This document shows, piece by piece, positions 18,691-29,125 of a stretch of 64,000 nucleotides of DNA. The translations under genes and the position numbers were made by a program. The notes under the pieces were generated by a model. It was not told where the DNA came from and made no database searches. It was given only the letters and a program-made list of their open reading frames with translations. The stretch covers positions 106,229 to 170,228 of the forward strand of contig JAAFJM010000005.1 in NCBI GenBank assembly GCA_013298895.1, in the 5' to 3' direction. Source of the DNA: Bacteroidota bacterium (GTDB taxonomy: Bacteria; Bacteroidota; Bacteroidia; UKL13-3). Every line of letters begins with the position of its first letter. Position 1 is the stretch's first letter.

Positions 18691-19365
18691 ATAAGTTATT
18701 CCAAGAGGATATTCTTTACAAACTGAATTTAATAAAAACTCATAATCGGTTGGTTTATTTACAAAATCGAGTGCTGCGCAATTAATTACCAGAACACGTG
18801 CATTTTGTTGGCTATGTAAGTATTTAAAATACGTTTCTTGCAAACCTTGTAAATAACTATCTTCCATTTTTCGTTCATACACTCGGCCTCGGTTTAAAAT
18901 ATTCCATTGCAGTTTTTCAATAGGCGAATGCAAGTAAACCAATAAATCGGGTTGAGGAATTTGAAAATTAATAATTTCGAACATTTGACGGTATAGTTTA
19001 TACTCGTCATCGTCCAAAGTATTTTGCGAAAACAACAAACATTTAGCAAAAATATAATCGCTTATTATAGGCTCACCAAATAAGTTTTCTTCTACCAAAT
19101 GCTTTTTTAGTTGATTAAAACGAGCAGCCAAAAAGCTCATTTCGAGCGGAAATGCATACCTGGCTTTGTTCTCGTAAAATTTGGGTAGAAATGAATTATC
19201 TTCAAATTCTTCCATAATTTTTTTAGCATTTAAGCTGTTAGCCAACATATTAGCCAAAGTGCTTTTACCTGCACCAATATTACCTTCAATGGCTATAAAA
19301 CGATATGGAGTTAAAAAATTCAAGAACTGCGAAAATGGACTTATAAAAATGATTGATATGTACAT
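18685..19365 (-). CDS. Deoxynucleoside kinase
   Basis: IAIEGNIGAGKSTLANML P-loop, ERS...DRY-like dNK motifs (ISDYIFAKCLLF, LLVYLHSP). The true start may lie downstream of the called ATG. Confidence 0.75.
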   Translation of the reverse strand: MYISIIFISPFSQFLNFLTPYRFIAIEGNIGAGKSTLANMLANSLNAKKIMEEFEDNSFLPKFYENKARYAFPLEMSFLAARFNQLKKHLVEENLFGEPIISDYIFAKCLLFSQNTLDDDEYKLYRQMFEIINFQIPQPDLLVYLHSPIEKLQWNILNRGRVYERKMEDSYLQGLQETYFKYLHSQQNARVLVINCAALDFVNKPTDYEFLLNSVCKEYPLGITYL

Positions 19366-19430
19366 TTTTTCAACTAATTAAATGTGAATAATACCACTTA
19401 ACAATAAGTTTATATTACTAAATAATTAAT

Positions 19431-21212
19431 TTGCTTAATTTTGATTTTTATAAAAATACCGAACAAACTATGAGCGAATTAATAAATGAACAAGATGTAG
19501 CCAAAGCCTTAAAATTGGAAAAACTACATATCAGTTTAATTGCTCCCGCAATAATGAAACTGCTAAAGCTCGATAAAATTAACGAAGCATACAGCCCTTA
19601 CTCTGAATTACAAAGTTTTGAATTTACCGATAAAATGCTTGCTGAGTTAGGTATTGATTACGAAATAGATGCAGAAGATTTAAAAAACATACCAAAAACA
19701 GAACCTTTTATAGCCATAGCAAACCATCCTTATGGCGGAATTGATGGATTAATTTTGGTTTCTATTTTAAATAAAATAAGGCCCGATACAAAAGTATTGG
19801 CAAATTACCTATTACAACAAATTCCAGCTATACAAGATAATATTATTGCGGTTAATCCTTTTAATGATGCTAAAAACAGCAATATAAATGTACAGGGTTT
19901 AAAAACACTTATGGGTTATGTAAAAGAGCATCCCATAGCAATTTTTCCTGCTGGTGAAGTTTCTGCTTTGAGTTTAAATACACTAAAAATTGCAGATAAA
20001 AAATGGGATCCAACTATTGGTAAAATTATTCAAAGAGCCAATATCAAAGTGTTGCCTATTTATTTTAGTGGCCACAATAGTTTAGCCTTTAACCTTTTAG
20101 GGTTAATTAGTCCGAGTTTACGAACAGTTAAATTACCTTCTGAGTTATTTAATAAAAAACAAAAAGTTAAAGTTAGAATTGGCAAACCCATTTTGCCAAA
20201 ATCATTAGCCGAATTTGAAAATAGCGATGAATTATTGCGCTTTGTAAGGGCTAAAACTTATGCTTTGGGCTCTGGTTTTGAAGTAAAAAAATTCTTCAAT
20301 ATAAACCTCAATCGATTAATTAGACCAAGACCTATCATAGAAGAAACGCCAACAGATGAAATAATAAATAATATAAAAAACATTCCTGAAGATTGCGTTT
20401 ACAAACACGAAAATTTTGAAGTTTATATAAGTAGTTCCTACAATATTCCAGCAGTTTTAAAGGAAATAACAAGGCTACGTGAGATTACATTTAGAGCAGT
20501 AGGCGAAGGTACCAACCGCAGTTTTGACACTGATGAGTTTGATTTATATTACAAACATTTATTTATTTGGGATTCGGCCGAAAATAAAATTGTAGGCGCA
20601 TATCGATTAGGTTTAGGAGATGAGCTTTTTAAGCAATTTGGCAAAAAAGGATTTTACTTAAACCAACTATTCAAACTTAAAAAACCTTTTGCCCCTATTT
20701 TAAAAGAAAGCATAGAATTAGGTCGTTCGTTTGTAGCATTGGATTACCAACGCAAACCTTTGAGTTTAATGTTGCTTTGGAAAGGTATCAACGAGTTTTT
20801 AAAACAAAACAAAGGTCGATATAATTATATGATTGGCCCGGTAAGTATTAGTGGAGAGTTTTCTAATCTGTCGAAAGATTTATTGGTGGCTTATATTAGG
20901 CATAATCATTTTGATAGGGCTTTATCGAAAATGGTAAAACCACGCAAAAAATTCAAGTATAAATTTAAAGGTGAAGACAAAAAACTATTGCTTGAAAAGC
21001 ACATGGACGACATTAAATTATTGGATAATTTAATTGGCGACATAGAGACCAATCATGCCAAAATACCTGTTTTGATAAAAAAATATTTGAAGCTAAAAGG
21101 AAAAATTATTGCATTTAATGTGGACCCTAAATTCAATAATTCTTTAGACGGATTTTTAATTTTAAATATTAACGAAATACCTGACGAAGCCTTTGATATG
21201 GTAAGCCGATAA
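19431..21212 (+). CDS. Bifunctional acyltransferase, OlsF-like (N-terminal PlsC-type O-acyltransferase plus C-terminal GNAT-like N-acyltransferase); candidate aminolipid synthase
   Basis: N-terminal domain has the acyltransferase ANHPYGGIDGL (HX4-5D) motif and a FPAGE-like FPAGEVS. The C-terminal ~300 aa resembles OlsB/GlsB-type N-acyl amino acid synthases. The ~590-aa length matches Bacteroidota OlsF. Confidence 0.6.
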   Translation: MLNFDFYKNTEQTMSELINEQDVAKALKLEKLHISLIAPAIMKLLKLDKINEAYSPYSELQSFEFTDKMLAELGIDYEIDAEDLKNIPKTEPFIAIANHPYGGIDGLILVSILNKIRPDTKVLANYLLQQIPAIQDNIIAVNPFNDAKNSNINVQGLKTLMGYVKEHPIAIFPAGEVSALSLNTLKIADKKWDPTIGKIIQRANIKVLPIYFSGHNSLAFNLLGLISPSLRTVKLPSELFNKKQKVKVRIGKPILPKSLAEFENSDELLRFVRAKTYALGSGFEVKKFFNINLNRLIRPRPIIEETPTDEIINNIKNIPEDCVYKHENFEVYISSSYNIPAVLKEITRLREITFRAVGEGTNRSFDTDEFDLYYKHLFIWDSAENKIVGAYRLGLGDELFKQFGKKGFYLNQLFKLKKPFAPILKESIELGRSFVALDYQRKPLSLMLLWKGINEFLKQNKGRYNYMIGPVSISGEFSNLSKDLLVAYIRHNHFDRALSKMVKPRKKFKYKFKGEDKKLLLEKHMDDIKLLDNLIGDIETNHAKIPVLIKKYLKLKGKIIAFNVDPKFNNSLDGFLILNINEIPDEAFDMVSR

Positions 21213-21292
21213 GCCTTAAAACTTTTATGGTGGCAAACCGCCTTTAAATTGCTGCATATTTACTATACTTGCATTCTATAATTTTTACAACT

Positions 21293-22243
21293 ATGGAAGC
21301 AGGAATTCCCTCAATTGATTTAAACGACTTTTTAAGTGGCGATACTCAGCGCAAAGAAAAGTTTGTACAAGAACTAGGCAGAGCTTACGAAGAGATAGGC
21401 TTTGTGGCCGTTAAAGGACATTTATTAACAGACGATACTTCGAGTACTTTATACCAACAAGTCCAAAACTTTTTTAACTTACCATTAGAGAAAAAAGTAA
21501 CATTTGAAGACCCTGAAATAGCCGGACAAAGAGGTTATGTGGGTTTTGGAAAAGAACATGCCAAGGGCCGCAGCGAAGGCGATTTAAAAGAATTTTGGCA
21601 TTTTGGTCAAACGGTAGAAGGCGATGATCCAATAAGAAGCGAATACCCTGAAAACATATTTGTACCTGAGCTACCTGCTTTTAACGAATATGGCATAAAA
21701 GCATATAAACAATTAGAAGAAACTGGCAAACACATGTTGCGCGCCATTGCTTTATACTTAGGTTTAGATGAATTTTATTTTGATGCAAAAATAAAAAATG
21801 GCAATTCTATTTTACGCCCTATTCATTATCCACCTATAACTAATGAACCTAAAAGTGCTGTAAGAGCTGCTGAACACGAAGACATTAACCTCATTACTTT
21901 GTTAATGGGCGCTAGTGCTGAGGGTTTAGAGGTATTAAACAAACAAGGCGAATGGGTGGCAATTACTGCATTACCTGAGCAGTTGGTTGTTAACGTAGGT
22001 GATATGTTACAACGTTTGACCAATAATAAACTAAAATCAACTACACACCGAGTGGTAAATCCACCAAAAGAAAAATGGGGAACTAGCCGTTTTAGTATTC
22101 CTTTCTTTTTACACCCGCGTAGCGAAATGCGTTTGGATTGTTTGGAAAGTTGCGTAACTAGCAGTTATCAATTACATTATGAACCAATCAGTGCTGGCGA
22201 ATATTTAAATGAACGCTTGCGCGAAATTGGCTTAAAAAAATAA
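21293..22243 (+). CDS. 2-oxoglutarate/Fe(II)-dependent oxygenase (isopenicillin-N-synthase-like)
   Basis: IPSIDL N-terminal DIOX_N pattern. HEDINLITLL ... STTHRV fits the HxD...H facial triad plus RxS 2OG-binding motif. Start set at MEAGIPSIDL. Confidence 0.7.
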   Translation: MEAGIPSIDLNDFLSGDTQRKEKFVQELGRAYEEIGFVAVKGHLLTDDTSSTLYQQVQNFFNLPLEKKVTFEDPEIAGQRGYVGFGKEHAKGRSEGDLKEFWHFGQTVEGDDPIRSEYPENIFVPELPAFNEYGIKAYKQLEETGKHMLRAIALYLGLDEFYFDAKIKNGNSILRPIHYPPITNEPKSAVRAAEHEDINLITLLMGASAEGLEVLNKQGEWVAITALPEQLVVNVGDMLQRLTNNKLKSTTHRVVNPPKEKWGTSRFSIPFFLHPRSEMRLDCLESCVTSSYQLHYEPISAGEYLNERLREIGLKK

Positions 22244-22266
22244 TTGTATTAGATATTATCAAATAA

Positions 22267-23166
22267 ATGCACGCTTTTCCAAAGCCAAATATTACTTTTA
22301 ATCCTGCTTCGCAAACACTTAGTGACGCAAAATTTAGCATTGTAATTCCTAGTTGGAATAACTTGGCTATGTTACAGTTTTGCTTAGCAGCCATTAAAAA
22401 AAATTCTACTTATAAACATCAAATAATTATTCATGTAAATGAAGGAACAGACGGTACTTTAGATTGGATAAAAACCCAACAATTAGATTATACTTATTCG
22501 GTTCAAAATGCAGGTGTGTGTTATGCCATGAATGCCATGGCTACTTTAGCTAAAACGGATTATATATTGTTCTTAAACGATGATATGTATGTATGTCCTG
22601 AATGGGATGAAGTATTATGGAACGAAGTGCAATTACAAAACAATCATTTATGGTATTTTAGTGGCACTATGATAGAGCCAAAAGACAGTGGTAATAAATG
22701 TGCCATAGCTCCTTTCGATTTTGGCAATTCGCCAGAAAATTTTAAAGAAAAAGAACTGCTTACTTTTGTATCAAAACTAAAACACCACGATTGGTTTGGC
22801 GCAAGCTGGCCTCCAAGTTTGGTGCATATCAGTTTGTTTAATCAAGTAAATGGCTATAGCGAAGAGTTTAGCCCGGGCATGTATAGCGACCCCGATTTTT
22901 CAATGAAACTTTGGCAAGCAGGTGTGCGAAATTTTAAAGGATTGGGCAATAGTTTGGTTTATCATTTTCAAAGTAAAAGCACAGGCCGTGTTCAAAAAAA
23001 CAATGGCCGTAAACAATTCGCTGCCAAATGGAAATTACCATCATCGTATTTTTATAAAAATGTATTGCTGTTAGGCAATGTATTTAACCAAAATACAACT
23101 CTTAAATTTACCAAAGATATTTTTTACTTAAGCGCCAAATTGAGAGCTTGGTGGATAGCAAAATAA
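22267..23166 (+). CDS. Family 2 glycosyltransferase
   Basis: FSIVIPSWNN ... ILFLNDDMY is the GT2 DXD context. Confidence 0.7.
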   Translation: MHAFPKPNITFNPASQTLSDAKFSIVIPSWNNLAMLQFCLAAIKKNSTYKHQIIIHVNEGTDGTLDWIKTQQLDYTYSVQNAGVCYAMNAMATLAKTDYILFLNDDMYVCPEWDEVLWNEVQLQNNHLWYFSGTMIEPKDSGNKCAIAPFDFGNSPENFKEKELLTFVSKLKHHDWFGASWPPSLVHISLFNQVNGYSEEFSPGMYSDPDFSMKLWQAGVRNFKGLGNSLVYHFQSKSTGRVQKNNGRKQFAAKWKLPSSYFYKNVLLLGNVFNQNTTLKFTKDIFYLSAKLRAWWIAK

Positions 23167-23172
23167 GTAACT

Positions 23173-23916
23173 ATGAATTTAAGTGTAGCCATCATAACTC
23201 ATAACGAATCACAAAATATTGAGCGATGCATTAACTCGGTTAAAGCCATTGCAGATGATATTGTGGTAATAGACTCATATAGTACTGACAATACAGCAAA
23301 ACTAGCAAAAGAATTAGGTGCAAGGGTTATTCTACAAAAATTTTTAGGACATATAGAACAAAAAAACTTTGCCATCAGCAAGGCGCAATATCCTTTTATA
23401 CTTTCGCTTGATGCAGATGAAGCCATTGACGAAAAACTAAAACAAGAAATCATTACTTTAAAAAACAGCAATAAAATTGCCGATGGATATATTATAAACA
23501 GGCATAATAATTACTGCGGACAATGGATAAATCATGGTGCTTGGAAAAGCGATTTAAAACTTCGCTTATGGGATAGCCGCAAAGGCAAATGGGGAGGCAT
23601 GAATCCGCACGATAAATTTGAAATGGAAACCAATGCCAAAATAACCATGCTTGAAGGTAAAATATTACATTGGAGTTATACCTCAGTAGCGCAACATGAA
23701 GGCAAGGTAGATTATTTTTCGTCCATAGCTGCAAAGGCTTATCACGCTAAGGAAAAAAAATCTTCCCTATTTAAAATTGTATTCAGTCCCCTATTTAGGT
23801 TTTTACGCGATTATATATTTAAACTAGGTTTTTTAGATGGTAAATATGGTTTTGTAATAGCCAAACTTACCGCCAAAGAGGTTTATTTTAAGTATAAAAA
23901 ATTGAGTAAACTGTAA
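23173..23916 (+). CDS. Family 2 glycosyltransferase
   Basis: LSVAIITHNESQNIERCINS ... LSLDADE is the GT2 fold with DXD. Confidence 0.7.
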   Translation: MNLSVAIITHNESQNIERCINSVKAIADDIVVIDSYSTDNTAKLAKELGARVILQKFLGHIEQKNFAISKAQYPFILSLDADEAIDEKLKQEIITLKNSNKIADGYIINRHNNYCGQWINHGAWKSDLKLRLWDSRKGKWGGMNPHDKFEMETNAKITMLEGKILHWSYTSVAQHEGKVDYFSSIAAKAYHAKEKKSSLFKIVFSPLFRFLRDYIFKLGFLDGKYGFVIAKLTAKEVYFKYKKLSKL

Positions 23917-24199
23917 AATTTACTACAAAACAAATTCAGTAATTTAATTTCTGAAACCAATCTATACATTTGTTATACCTAATTACTAGATAAAAGTATA
24001 TCAAATTGAAATCAAAAAACAGCTCATTTTACTGGAAAGCAATTCACTCAAATCAATCAGATGAGGAAGAAATAGTATCCATTAACCAAAAGATAGATTT
24101 CCGATTTTATCAGAAGGAGTTCTAAACCTCAATCATTATATGTTGGAAAATTCAAGGGGAAATATTTTTGCGTGAGTCGTTTATATAGACAAATAAAAC

Positions 24200-24706
24200 A
24201 TGACAAAAGAACTAAATTATAGAACAGCAACTGAAAAAGATTTAAAACAACTTCAGCAGTTGGGTTTATTGGCTTACGGACAATTCCAAAATGTATTAGG
24301 AAATGAAAATTGGGAATTAATGAAAGCCAATCATAATGACGATAATACTTATTTAAACATTTTAAAATTAGCAAAGTGTTTTGTTTGTGAAAATGCAAAC
24401 GAACTTGTTGGAATGGCTTTTTTGATACCAAATGGAAATCCAACAACTATTTTTGAAAAGGAATGGTGCTATATAAGATTGGTAGGCGTTCATCCAAAAT
24501 TTGAAGGTATGGGAATCGGTAGAAAATTAACACAAATGTGCATTGATAAAGCCAAAGAAACAGGAGAAAAAACCATTGCTTTACATACTTCCGAGTTCCA
24601 AAATGCAGCTAGGCATATTTATGAAAGTCTTGGCTTTGTTAAGCAAAAAAATCTTGATTTAATTTACGGAAAGCAATATTATTTATATACCCTAAAGTTA
24701 CAATAG
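24200..24706 (+). CDS. GNAT family N-acetyltransferase
   Basis: RLVGVHPKFEGMGIGRKL is the acetyl-CoA binding motif A (R/Q-x-x-G-x-G/A). Confidence 0.75.
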   Translation: MTKELNYRTATEKDLKQLQQLGLLAYGQFQNVLGNENWELMKANHNDDNTYLNILKLAKCFVCENANELVGMAFLIPNGNPTTIFEKEWCYIRLVGVHPKFEGMGIGRKLTQMCIDKAKETGEKTIALHTSEFQNAARHIYESLGFVKQKNLDLIYGKQYYLYTLKLQ

Positions 24707-24708
24707 CA

Positions 24709-25178
24709 ATGAATATAATATTTCACAAAGCCACTCTCAGCGATATTTCTACTTTAGTTGAAAACAGGATTTATTTGCACTTGAATTATCAGGAGCACAA
24801 AATGAAGAGGCTATTGAATCATTAAGAAATCAAATGACTAACTATTTTTCAAATGCAATCCAAAATAATACCTGTATTTCATTCATTGCAAAATGTGATG
24901 GGATAGTTGCAGGTATTGGTTCTGTTCATTTACGCGAAATGCCAGGCAATTTTAAAAATCCTTCTGGAAAATGGGGTTATATTATGAATATGTACACGGT
25001 TCCTGCATTCAGAAGAAACGGTATTTGTAAAAACAGTGTGAATTTATTGTTGAAAGTTGAAAAAAAATATGGCTATCATGCATTTGAATTTCATGTCATC
25101 AAATTAGGTGAAATAGTTTATACACAAGAAGGGTTTGTTCATCATGAAGAGCCAACATTGAGGAAATTTATTTTATGA
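24709..25178 (+). pseudogene. GNAT family acetyltransferase disrupted by a frameshift near 24765-24775
   Basis: MNIIFHKATLSDISTLVENRI... runs into a stop. The continuation ...DLFALELSGAQNEEAIESLRNQMTNYFSNAIQ... is in another frame and joins the called ORF 24834-25178. A single-base indel restores a typical ~155-aa GNAT. Confidence 0.55.
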
Positions 25179-25639
25179 AAATAATAAAAACTAAAGAATT
25201 AACCCCGCACCAATCAGCCCAAATTAACCAATTATGGAATGATGAATACCCTTTAAAATTAAAGGATAGATTTCCTATTTTGTTAGATGGTGCAGACTGG
25301 CACAATCATTATATTATTTTAGATGAAGAACAAAATGTAATTGCTTGGGCAGTTGATTTTGAAAAAGAAAAACAAATTCGATTTTCTATTATTGTTGCCT
25401 CAAAACAAAAAGGCAAAGGTTTGGGAGGGTTATTAATAGACAAATTGAAAGAAGAAAATAAAGAATTTTATGGTTGGGTAATTGACCATAATGATGATTT
25501 GAAAAGTAATGGAGAACATTACCAAACCCCAATGCCATTTTACTTAAAACATGGTTTTGAAATATTAAATGATATCAGAATTGACAATGAAATGATAAAG
25601 GCTGTTTTGATTAAATGGATTAAGAATAATAACTCATAA
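25175..25639 (+). CDS. GNAT family N-acetyltransferase
   Basis: VASKQKGKGLGGLLI motif A. 4-bp overlap with the upstream gene. Confidence 0.7.
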   Translation: MKIIKTKELTPHQSAQINQLWNDEYPLKLKDRFPILLDGADWHNHYIILDEEQNVIAWAVDFEKEKQIRFSIIVASKQKGKGLGGLLIDKLKEENKEFYGWVIDHNDDLKSNGEHYQTPMPFYLKHGFEILNDIRIDNEMIKAVLIKWIKNNNS

Positions 25640-25642
25640 AAA

Positions 25643-26188
25643 ATGAAAACTACATTCAAATATTCACTAGAGGGACAAGAAACAGATAGATTATTGTTTA
25701 GAAGAATTACTGAACAAGATTTTGACACATGGTTAGTATTTTGCAAATACCCAGATTCGTTGAAGTATATTTTTTCGCAAGAACAACTAAAGGTTGAAGA
25801 CCCAATAGAACGCTGTAACATTTGGTTTAAAAGGGTTTTTAACCGATACGAAAACGAACTTGGTGGCATGAATGCTTTAATTGATAAACAAACAGGCGAA
25901 TTGGTGGGTCAATGTGGCTTACTCATTCAAACCATTGATGATATGGAAGAGTTAGAAATTGGCTATTCGCTTATGCCAGCATTCCGAGGAAAAGGATACG
26001 CCAGTGAAGCAGCTATTAAATGTAAAGAGTTTGCTTTCGAAAATGAGTATGCAACTTCACTCATTTCGGTAATAGTTCCTGAAAATTCGGCTTCAATAAA
26101 AGTTGCCATGAATAATGGAATGAAATTGGACAAAACCACTACCAGTAATGGAGATATTGTAAATATTTATAGAATCAATAAACCATGA
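25643..26188 (+). CDS. GNAT family N-acetyltransferase (RimJ/RimL-like)
   Basis: LMPAFRGKGYASEAA is the motif A typical of the RimL subfamily. Confidence 0.7.
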   Translation: MKTTFKYSLEGQETDRLLFRRITEQDFDTWLVFCKYPDSLKYIFSQEQLKVEDPIERCNIWFKRVFNRYENELGGMNALIDKQTGELVGQCGLLIQTIDDMEELEIGYSLMPAFRGKGYASEAAIKCKEFAFENEYATSLISVIVPENSASIKVAMNNGMKLDKTTTSNGDIVNIYRINKP

Positions 26189-26652
26189 CACATGAACATC
26201 ATTACAAAATAACCACTATTTGGCAAGGCAATAAAGAAGAAGGAACCAATAATGTAAGGACGTATGATAGAAGCCATACGATTTATAATAATGGAAAACC
26301 CGATTTATACTTAACTACCGACAATGCAGCTGTGGGTGATAAATCAAAGCTAAATCCCGAAGATTTATTGGTATCGGCCATATCATCTTGTCACATGTTA
26401 TCCTATTTGTATTTATGTGCAATGGAAGGCATCATCGTAACTGAATACATTGACCAAGCAGCGGGTGTAATGATAGAAAACACCAATGGTGGAGGGCAGT
26501 TTAAAACGGTAACTTTAAATCCAAACATAAAAGTAAAACAGGAAACTATGATACCAAAAGCTATTGAACTGCATCATAAGGCACATGAAATTTGTTATAT
26601 AGCCAATTCAGTTAACTTCGAAGTAGTCTGTAATCCTGCTTGCTCTATTTAA
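26185..26652 (+). CDS. OsmC-family protein (putative peroxiredoxin / organic hydroperoxide resistance)
   Basis: ~150 aa with the conserved Cys in SSCHML and a second Cys near the C-terminus, as in OsmC/Ohr. Confidence 0.6.
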   Translation: MTHEHHYKITTIWQGNKEEGTNNVRTYDRSHTIYNNGKPDLYLTTDNAAVGDKSKLNPEDLLVSAISSCHMLSYLYLCAMEGIIVTEYIDQAAGVMIENTNGGGQFKTVTLNPNIKVKQETMIPKAIELHHKAHEICYIANSVNFEVVCNPACSI

Positions 26653-26661
26653 ATAAACCAC

Positions 26662-27207
26662 ATGAAAAATAAACCTATAGAAACCGAAAGACTCATCATA
26701 CGAGAACTTCTACCAAGCGATGTTAAGGATATGTTTGAGTTAGATTCAAACCCTGAGGTTCACAAATACCTTGGCGAAAATCCGGTTAAAAGTATTGAGC
26801 AATCTCAAGAGGTAATTACAATGGTAAGGAACCAATACCAAACCAATGGCATTGGCAGATGGGCTACCATTGAAAAAGAAACAGGCTTATTTATAGGATG
26901 GAGTGGATTAAAATTTATTACCGAACCCGAAAATAATAAAGTAAATTACCATGATATTGGCTATAGATTTATGCCCCAATTTTGGGGTAAAGGATATGCC
27001 ACAGAAGCAACCAAAGCGTGGCTAACATATGGTTTTGAACAATTAAATTTAACTGGAATTATTGGAGCTGCACATCAAGAAAACAAGGCATCGCGCAGGG
27101 TACTTGAAAAATGCGGGCTTCAATTTGTAGAGCAATTTATGTGGCACGATATAACATGTGATTGGCTGAGCATAAGTAAAGAAAATTGGCTTGAATTAAA
27201 TAAATAA
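26662..27207 (+). CDS. GNAT family N-acetyltransferase (RimJ/RimL-like)
   Basis: FMPQFWGKGYATEAT motif A. Confidence 0.7.
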   Translation: MKNKPIETERLIIRELLPSDVKDMFELDSNPEVHKYLGENPVKSIEQSQEVITMVRNQYQTNGIGRWATIEKETGLFIGWSGLKFITEPENNKVNYHDIGYRFMPQFWGKGYATEATKAWLTYGFEQLNLTGIIGAAHQENKASRRVLEKCGLQFVEQFMWHDITCDWLSISKENWLELNK

Positions 27208-27209
27208 GT

Positions 27210-28019
27210 ATGAACCCAGAAATTGATTATATAGAAATAAACAAGCAATCTTGGAACAATAGAACGGATTTTCATGTGAGTTCAGATTTTTATGATATGG
27301 ATGCTTTTTTAAAAGGCAAAAGTTCATTGAATGAGATTGAATTGAATTTATTGGGTGATATAAAAGGTAAAAGCATTCTGCATTTACAGTGTCATTTCGG
27401 ACAAGATTCTATCTCGCTGCAACGTTTAGGAGCAGAGGTTGTAGGTATTGATTTGTCAGATAAATCAATTGCAATGGCAAAGGAAATAGCAATGAAGACC
27501 AATTCAAATGCTTCATTTATTTGTACTGATATTTATAATTTACCCAATTGTTTGGATCAACAATTTGATATTGTTTATACCAGTTATGGAACCATAGGCT
27601 GGCTGCCTGATTTAGATAAATGGGCTTCGGTTGTACAGCATTTTTTAAAACCAAATGGCAAATTTGTTTTTGTTGAATTTCATCCAGTGGTGTGGATGTT
27701 TGATGATGATTTTGATAAAATTGGCTATAACTATTTTAACTCAGGAGCTATTGTAGAAACCGAAAGTGGAACATATGCAGACAGGAATGCTGACCTAAAG
27801 CAAGAATACGTGATGTGGAATCATGGTTTGAGTGAAGTGTTGAATAGTTTAATAAAAAATAACCTGCTCATTAATTCTTTTGATGAGTTTGACTATTCAC
27901 CCTACAACTGTTTTAAGCATACCATTGAATTTGAACCTAAGAAATTTCGCATTAAACATTTGGAAAATAAGATTCCTATGGTATATGCATTAACAGCAAC
28001 TAAAAAGGAAAAGCTATGA
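27210..28019 (+). CDS. Class I SAM-dependent methyltransferase
   Basis: ILHLQCHFGQDSISL ... VVGIDLSDKSIAMAKE is a glycine-rich motif I plus acidic motif II. Confidence 0.7.
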   Translation: MNPEIDYIEINKQSWNNRTDFHVSSDFYDMDAFLKGKSSLNEIELNLLGDIKGKSILHLQCHFGQDSISLQRLGAEVVGIDLSDKSIAMAKEIAMKTNSNASFICTDIYNLPNCLDQQFDIVYTSYGTIGWLPDLDKWASVVQHFLKPNGKFVFVEFHPVVWMFDDDFDKIGYNYFNSGAIVETESGTYADRNADLKQEYVMWNHGLSEVLNSLIKNNLLINSFDEFDYSPYNCFKHTIEFEPKKFRIKHLENKIPMVYALTATKKEKL

Positions 28020-29122
28020 ATGAAAGAATAATTGGGTTTGACTTAGCAAGGGCTTATGCTATTTTCGGGATGTATATAGTAAACTTTATTTTTTGCTTCG
28101 GCACTTTTAGAAATGAAACTCTTGTAGCCAAGTTCACCAATCTTTTTATTGGCAACTCAACTTCCATATTTATTATTTGTGCTGGAATGGGAATCATGTT
28201 ATTGGCAAACCGCCACAATGAAAGCGTTGAAGATAAAAGGAACTTGAAATCAATACTAGTGAAACGTTCATTGTTTCTATTTACATTAGGTATCTTACTA
28301 TATAGTTGGTGGCCGGGCGACATCCTCCACTTTTATGCCGGCTATATGCACATAGCAATATTTATACTATTTATCCCTAAACGAAATTATTTATTGATTG
28401 CATTAGCATTTATATTGATTTATAATATCCTACAAATTTTCATTCCAATTTTTACAAGTTGGAATTTACAAACAACAAAATATGCAGATTTTTGGACACC
28501 TATTGGTTTTTTTAGAAATACACTATACAATGGTTGGAATTCTATTTTTCCATGGTTTGCCTATTTCTCTGTTGGAATGTTCTTGGGTAAATTAAATTGG
28601 CAAGACAAAAGAATTTGGAAAAAATTGTTTCTAATGGGCTTTTGTTTACTTTTTATTTTCAAAGCATTGCGGCTATACATAATCTATGATTTTGAAAATC
28701 CTTTACATAAGCAATTTTATATCGATTCTTGGTTTTACTTGATGGAAGATTATTTTCCAGTTAATATTCCTTTTATGATGATTACCATTGGTTGGGCATT
28801 AATGGTTATCTCAATTTGTATGTATTTAGGTGTTAAATTTTCATCAAGTAAGATAATTAGTATGTTATCACAAACAGGTAAAATGTCCCTTTCTCTTTAT
28901 GTTTTTCACATAACTATTGGAATGATTATTCTTTCTGTTTTAACAAATAAAAAAAATACAGGTTTTCCTCAGACAGGTGTGCCTATTGATTCCGAATTCT
29001 TATTACTTTATACCATAATATTCTTTTTAATAAGTGTTGTTTTTAGTAATATGTGGAGTAAGAAATTTAAACATGGTCCATTAGAAATGTTGATGAGAAA
29101 ATTATCTAATTCGAAAATTTGA
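28016..29122 (+). CDS. Polytopic membrane protein (DUF418/YeiB-like)
   Basis: About 10 predicted hydrophobic helices, architecture like DUF418/acyltransferase_3 family membrane proteins. 4-bp overlap. Confidence 0.4.
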   Translation: MNERIIGFDLARAYAIFGMYIVNFIFCFGTFRNETLVAKFTNLFIGNSTSIFIICAGMGIMLLANRHNESVEDKRNLKSILVKRSLFLFTLGILLYSWWPGDILHFYAGYMHIAIFILFIPKRNYLLIALAFILIYNILQIFIPIFTSWNLQTTKYADFWTPIGFFRNTLYNGWNSIFPWFAYFSVGMFLGKLNWQDKRIWKKLFLMGFCLLFIFKALRLYIIYDFENPLHKQFYIDSWFYLMEDYFPVNIPFMMITIGWALMVISICMYLGVKFSSSKIISMLSQTGKMSLSLYVFHITIGMIILSVLTNKKNTGFPQTGVPIDSEFLLLYTIIFFLISVVFSNMWSKKFKHGPLEMLMRKLSNSKI

Positions 29123-29125
29123 TTT

